Shown here: piece by piece, positions 60,359-64,000 of the stretch
How the letters are laid out: each line of letters opens with the position of its first letter
How positions within the stretch are numbered: position 1 is the stretch's first letter
Assembly: GCA_963835065.1 (NCBI GenBank)
Contig: CAWIEK010000068.1
Location: 1-64,000 of the forward strand
Source: an uncultured Chthonomonadaceae bacterium
Lineage (GTDB): Bacteria > Armatimonadota > Chthonomonadetes > Chthonomonadales > Chthonomonadaceae
Direction of reading: 5' to 3'
DNA length: 64,000 nt
Translations under genes and position numbers: made by a program
The notes under the pieces: generated by a model
The model's input: only the letters and a program-made list of their open reading frames with translations
The model's database searches: none
Told to the model about the DNA's origin: nothing

Positions 60359-61706
60359 ATGAAGTTTGTAATCGCGCGCACACAGCCGTTCGCGCTCAAA
60401 AAAGGAACCCGCGCTGTTTTCACAGGATTGGCCGCTGTCGGACTGATTGCCAACTTGTTCGGCTGCGGGGGTGGCAGCGGCGGCAGCAAGAGCGCCGCCG
60501 ACTCGAAATTGCTGTACACCGAATCTAACGATCCGACGCGCAACGTCATTCTGGCGTTCCGGCGCGCGTCCGACGGTTCCTTGACGCCGCTTGCGAGCAG
60601 TCCCATTGATTTGCGGGGACAGGGATTTGCCAACCCACAGGAACAGCCCGGCCCGCCCGACGCGGACCAGCAGATTATCACCAACGCCAATCATACGCTG
60701 CTGTTCGCGGTCAATTCCGGCAGCAATACGATTGCCGTCATGAAGATCAATTCCGACGGCAGCCTGACCCACATTTCCGGTTCGCCCTTTGCTTCCGGCG
60801 GCACAAACCCGTTCACCCTGTACCTGTTGGGCAGCAAACTCTACTGCGGCAACAAAAACGTGGGGTCGGGCGCGGGGGCTGGCGGAACGCCGAACTACAC
60901 GGTCTTTAATGTGGGCGCGGACGGCACATTGACGCAATTGACGGGCGCGACAGTCGGGGCAAGCGCGGGTTCCTCGCCCTCGCAAGTGCTGGCCTCGCCG
61001 GACGGCAAGACGATGTTCACCAATGACTTCTTCGGCCCGCTCGCGTCGCCCGCTACGGGCAGTCTGCGCTCCTACAAAATCAACGCCGATGGCAGCCTGA
61101 CGCAAAACGGCGCGGCCATCGCCCCTCCGACGACGGTTCCCGCCAATACCGCCGCGCCCTTCGTGCCGTTCTATTCGCTGGTGCAGGGCGTACAGGTACA
61201 CCCGACGCAGCGCATCGTGTATGCCACTGTCCCGGTAACGGATCAACTGGCCGTGTACACCTATGACGCAAGCGGCGTCCTGAGTTTCAACTCGTTTTCG
61301 CCGGTATCGGGCGCGATTCCCTGCTGGCTCGTCATCAACAAGGCGCGAACGCGCATGTATATCGTGGAAACCGGCAGCAACAGCGTTTCGACATTTGACA
61401 TTACCAACCCGCTGACGCCCAAAGAAGTCCAGTATCTGCCATTGGGCAGTTCCGGCCCGACCTTCCCGCTGCTGCCGATTTTGCCCCCGCTGACTTCCAG
61501 CGCGGCGGCGGAAGAGTCGCTCGATCCCAATGGCAACTTCCTGTACGTGGTGTCGCACCATGCCAACCCCGACCCCACGTTCAACGGCGGCGGCGTTCTG
61601 CACACCCTGAAAGTGAACAGCGACGGCACATTGACCGAACAGGGCGTTGGCCTGAACCTCGGCCTGTCCAACGCCGCGCACCCACAGGGGCATGGTTACG
61701 TTCTAA
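60359..61706 (+). CDS. Lactonase-like 7-blade beta-propeller lipoprotein (likely end 61706 after a G-run frameshift)
   Basis: Lipobox LFGC; LFAVNSGSNTI, DGSLT repeats, PCWLVI; ends HPQG-MVTF* if one G is removed. Confidence 0.8.
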
Positions 61707-61780
61707 AAGCGCTGCCGTTCAAACAAACTTTGTGGGGGCGCAATCAAATTGCGTCCCTGCTTCCTCTTTTCCTTTTCTCC

Positions 61781-61810
61781 TCTCCGTGTCCTCCGTGTTC
61801 TCCGTGGTTT
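61781..61810. repeat. Solo arm of the CACGGAGRA nonamer repeat family
   Basis: CTCCGTGTCCTCCGTGTTCTCCGTGGTT, same as the right arm near 62903-62930. Confidence 0.85.
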
Positions 61811-61887
61811 ATTCTCTTGTTCGTGTGACTTCTGCGCGGCAGGCGCGTAGAAAGAGTGTCATCAATTTTGCGGGGAGGAGGGACATC

Positions 61888-62784
61888 ATGGAAAAGCGGG
61901 TTTTGGGCAAGACGGGCATGGAAGTCAGCGTGTTGGGCTTCGGGGGCGCGGAAATCGGATACGAGGGCGCGACAACCGCAACGGTAGAAGCCTTGCTGAA
62001 CAGCGCCTTAGACGCGGGGCTGAATATTATTGACACGGCGGAATGTTACGCCGACAGCGAGGAAAAGATCGGGCAGACCGTGGGGCATCGGCGCAAGGAC
62101 TTTTTCCTATTTACCAAATGCGGCCATGCGGCGGGCCTGGATTTGCCGGATTGGGACCCGAAACTGCTGGAACAGAGCATTGACCGCAGCCTGCAGCGTC
62201 TGCAAACGGATTATGTAGACCTGGTGCAGTTGCACAGTTGCTCCGAGGACATTCTGCGCAAGGGCGACGCGATTGAAGTGCTGCAAAAAGCGCAGGCGGC
62301 GGGCAAAACGCGGTTTATCGGCTACAGCGGCGACAACCAACACGCCAAATACGCCATCGAATGCGGCGCGTTCGACACGCTGCAAACCTCCATCAGCATC
62401 GCCGACCAAGTTGCGGTAGACACGACGCTGCCGCTTGCCCAACAGCACAACCTGGGCGTGATCGTCAAGCGTCCGATTGCCAACGCGGTTTGGCGTCACG
62501 CTACCAAGCCCGACAACGGCTATGTCGTGCCGTATTGGGAGCGGATGCAGGAATTGAAGTACGACTTTTTACGCAGCGACACCAACGACATTACGAGCAT
62601 CGCCCTGCGCTGGACATTGGGGCTGCCGGGGGTGCATACCGCCATTGTCGGAACCACGCACCCGGAGCGCTGGAAAAGCAACGCGCAATTATTGGAAGCC
62701 GGCCCGCTGCCGCAGGAATTGGAGCAGGCCATCCACGCCCGCTGGAAAGAAGTCAGCGCGCCGGAATGGACAGCACAAACGTAA
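61888..62784 (+). CDS. Aldo/keto reductase
   Basis: LGKTGMEVSVLGFG, IDTAECY, SLQRLQTDYVDLVQLH, GKTRFIGYS. Confidence 0.95.
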   Translation: MEKRVLGKTGMEVSVLGFGGAEIGYEGATTATVEALLNSALDAGLNIIDTAECYADSEEKIGQTVGHRRKDFFLFTKCGHAAGLDLPDWDPKLLEQSIDRSLQRLQTDYVDLVQLHSCSEDILRKGDAIEVLQKAQAAGKTRFIGYSGDNQHAKYAIECGAFDTLQTSISIADQVAVDTTLPLAQQHNLGVIVKRPIANAVWRHATKPDNGYVVPYWERMQELKYDFLRSDTNDITSIALRWTLGLPGVHTAIVGTTHPERWKSNAQLLEAGPLPQELEQAIHARWKEVSAPEWTAQT

Positions 62785-62791
62785 AGAAGAT

Positions 62792-62931
62792 AAACCACGG
62801 AGAACACGGAGGACACGGAGGGAAGAAAAGGAGAGGGGGAGATAGGGAGAAGAGGAGATAAGGAGAAAAACTCTCCATGTTCCCTCCTGCGTTTTCCCTC
62901 TTCTCCGTGTCCTCCGTGTTCTCCGTGGTTT
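62792..62931. repeat. Inverted nonamer-repeat hairpin element
   Basis: AACCACGGAGAACACGGAGGACACGGAG and its exact reverse complement. Confidence 0.9.
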
Positions 62932-62979
62932 GACACTCCTGCATACGTTGTCGTTTGTTTCGCTGTCATTAGGTATAGT

Positions 62980-63933
62980 ATGAAGATTACGTTTTTGGGA
63001 ACCGGGGCGGGCAGTCCGAGCCGCGCGCGCAACGTCACGAGCATCGCTTTGCAGCTTCCGCAGCAGGCGCGCTTGTGGATGTTCGACTGCGGCGAAGCGA
63101 CGCAGCACCAGATATTACGTTCCCCGCTCCGGCTCAGTCAGTTGGAGCGGGTGTTTGTCACGCATCTGCACGGCGACCATATTTTCGGCCTGCCGGGACT
63201 GCTTGCCAGCCGCTCCATGCAAAACGGCGGAACCACGCCCCTGACACTGTACGGCCCGCAGGGGTTGGGCGAGTATGTGCGCGCATCCCTGGAACTCAGC
63301 CAATCGCATCTCGCCTTTCCGCTCAAAGTGGAAACCGTTCGGGCGGGCAAAGCGGGCGGAGTCTGCGCGGTTTACGAGGATGCCGGGTATCGCGTGGAGT
63401 GCGCGGCAATGGCGCATCGGGTGGAAGCGTACGGGTATGCGGTTGTGGAAAAGGATCAGACGGGGCATTTCGACGTGGACAAAGCGCGCGCCCTGAACAT
63501 TCCGCCGGGGCCATTGTACGGCGAGTTGAAAAAGGGCGCGACTGTTCGGCTGGAGGATGGGCGCGTCATTGACGGCAAAGATTTGATCGGGCCGACAATC
63601 AAAGGGCGCAAAGTGGTCTTTTGCGGCGACACGATTTACACGCCCAACGCGGTAGAACTGGCGCGCGATGCCGATGTACTGATCCACGAAGCCACGTTTT
63701 TGCAGGAAGAAACCATGCAGGCGGAGCGGGCGCGACATTCCACGGCGCTTATGGCGGCGCAAACCGCGCTGCAAGCGAACGCCAAAACGCTGATTTTAAC
63801 CCATTTCAGCGCGCGTTATGAGGCGGGGCAGCAATTGGGCGATCTGCTGGCCGAGGCGCAATCCGTGTTCCCGAATACCCTGCTCGCCCACGACTTTATG
63901 ACGGTTGAAGTGCCGCGTGAAGAAGCCGACTAA
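62980..63933 (+). CDS. rnz: Ribonuclease Z
   Basis: FLGTGAG, FDCGEATQ, THLHGDH, PPGPLYG, HEATF, LTHFSARY. Confidence 0.97.
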   Translation: MKITFLGTGAGSPSRARNVTSIALQLPQQARLWMFDCGEATQHQILRSPLRLSQLERVFVTHLHGDHIFGLPGLLASRSMQNGGTTPLTLYGPQGLGEYVRASLELSQSHLAFPLKVETVRAGKAGGVCAVYEDAGYRVECAAMAHRVEAYGYAVVEKDQTGHFDVDKARALNIPPGPLYGELKKGATVRLEDGRVIDGKDLIGPTIKGRKVVFCGDTIYTPNAVELARDADVLIHEATFLQEETMQAERARHSTALMAAQTALQANAKTLILTHFSARYEAGQQLGDLLAEAQSVFPNTLLAHDFMTVEVPREEAD

Positions 63934-63976
63934 TCAGGAAGGCAGGAAAGCGACGTCGAGACATAAGGAGTAATCT

Positions 63977-64000
63977 ATGAAAGTAACCTATGACTTTACG
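63977..64000 (+). CDS. Start of a small gene (MKVTYD.., DUF2283-like), partial
   Basis: AAGGAG RBS and ATG; only 8 codons visible. Confidence 0.35.

Overview
GC-rich bacterial chromosome segment. PEP-CTERM tails of the VPEPGSVALLVGM..LRRK type and the gene repertoire suggest Armatimonadota, but this is inference. A housekeeping backbone (lepA, prs, glmU, Nif3-like, dnaA, sucD, ROK kinase, gpsA, rnz) is interrupted by small, fast-turnover accessory patches rich in toxin-antitoxin genes and gene relics. Main candidate novelty: a ~350-450 bp element present four times (about 1855-2195 +, 10930-11270 +, 39015-39437 +, 53871-54240 -). Each copy has A-tracts, a GAACCY-N16-GTCTAA ECF-sigma-type promoter, a strong SD with an 8-9 codon micro-ORF, and a near-invariant 53-nt hairpin core. 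Three copies face the 3' ends of lepA, prs and dnaA, and two abut truncated antitoxin-like genes. Other notable features: (1) a PD-(D/E)xK nuclease-STAND ATPase coupled to a long HEAT-repeat gene (Avs/NLR-like defence candidate); (2) a diverged duplicate of the dnaA 3' end plus a 42-bp promoter duplicate, both offset ~7.8 kb; (3) a 500-bp gene-fragment insertion bounded by a 16-bp direct repeat; (4) toxin genes with internal deletions; (5) IS630 and IS200/IS605 relics; (6) a family of inverted 7-9-mer tandem-repeat hairpins that also enter coding sequence, including the DnaA linker. Many single-base frameshifts, several in homopolymers, suggest long-read assembly errors, so pseudogene calls are tentative. 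No rRNA, tRNA or CRISPR array was recognised.
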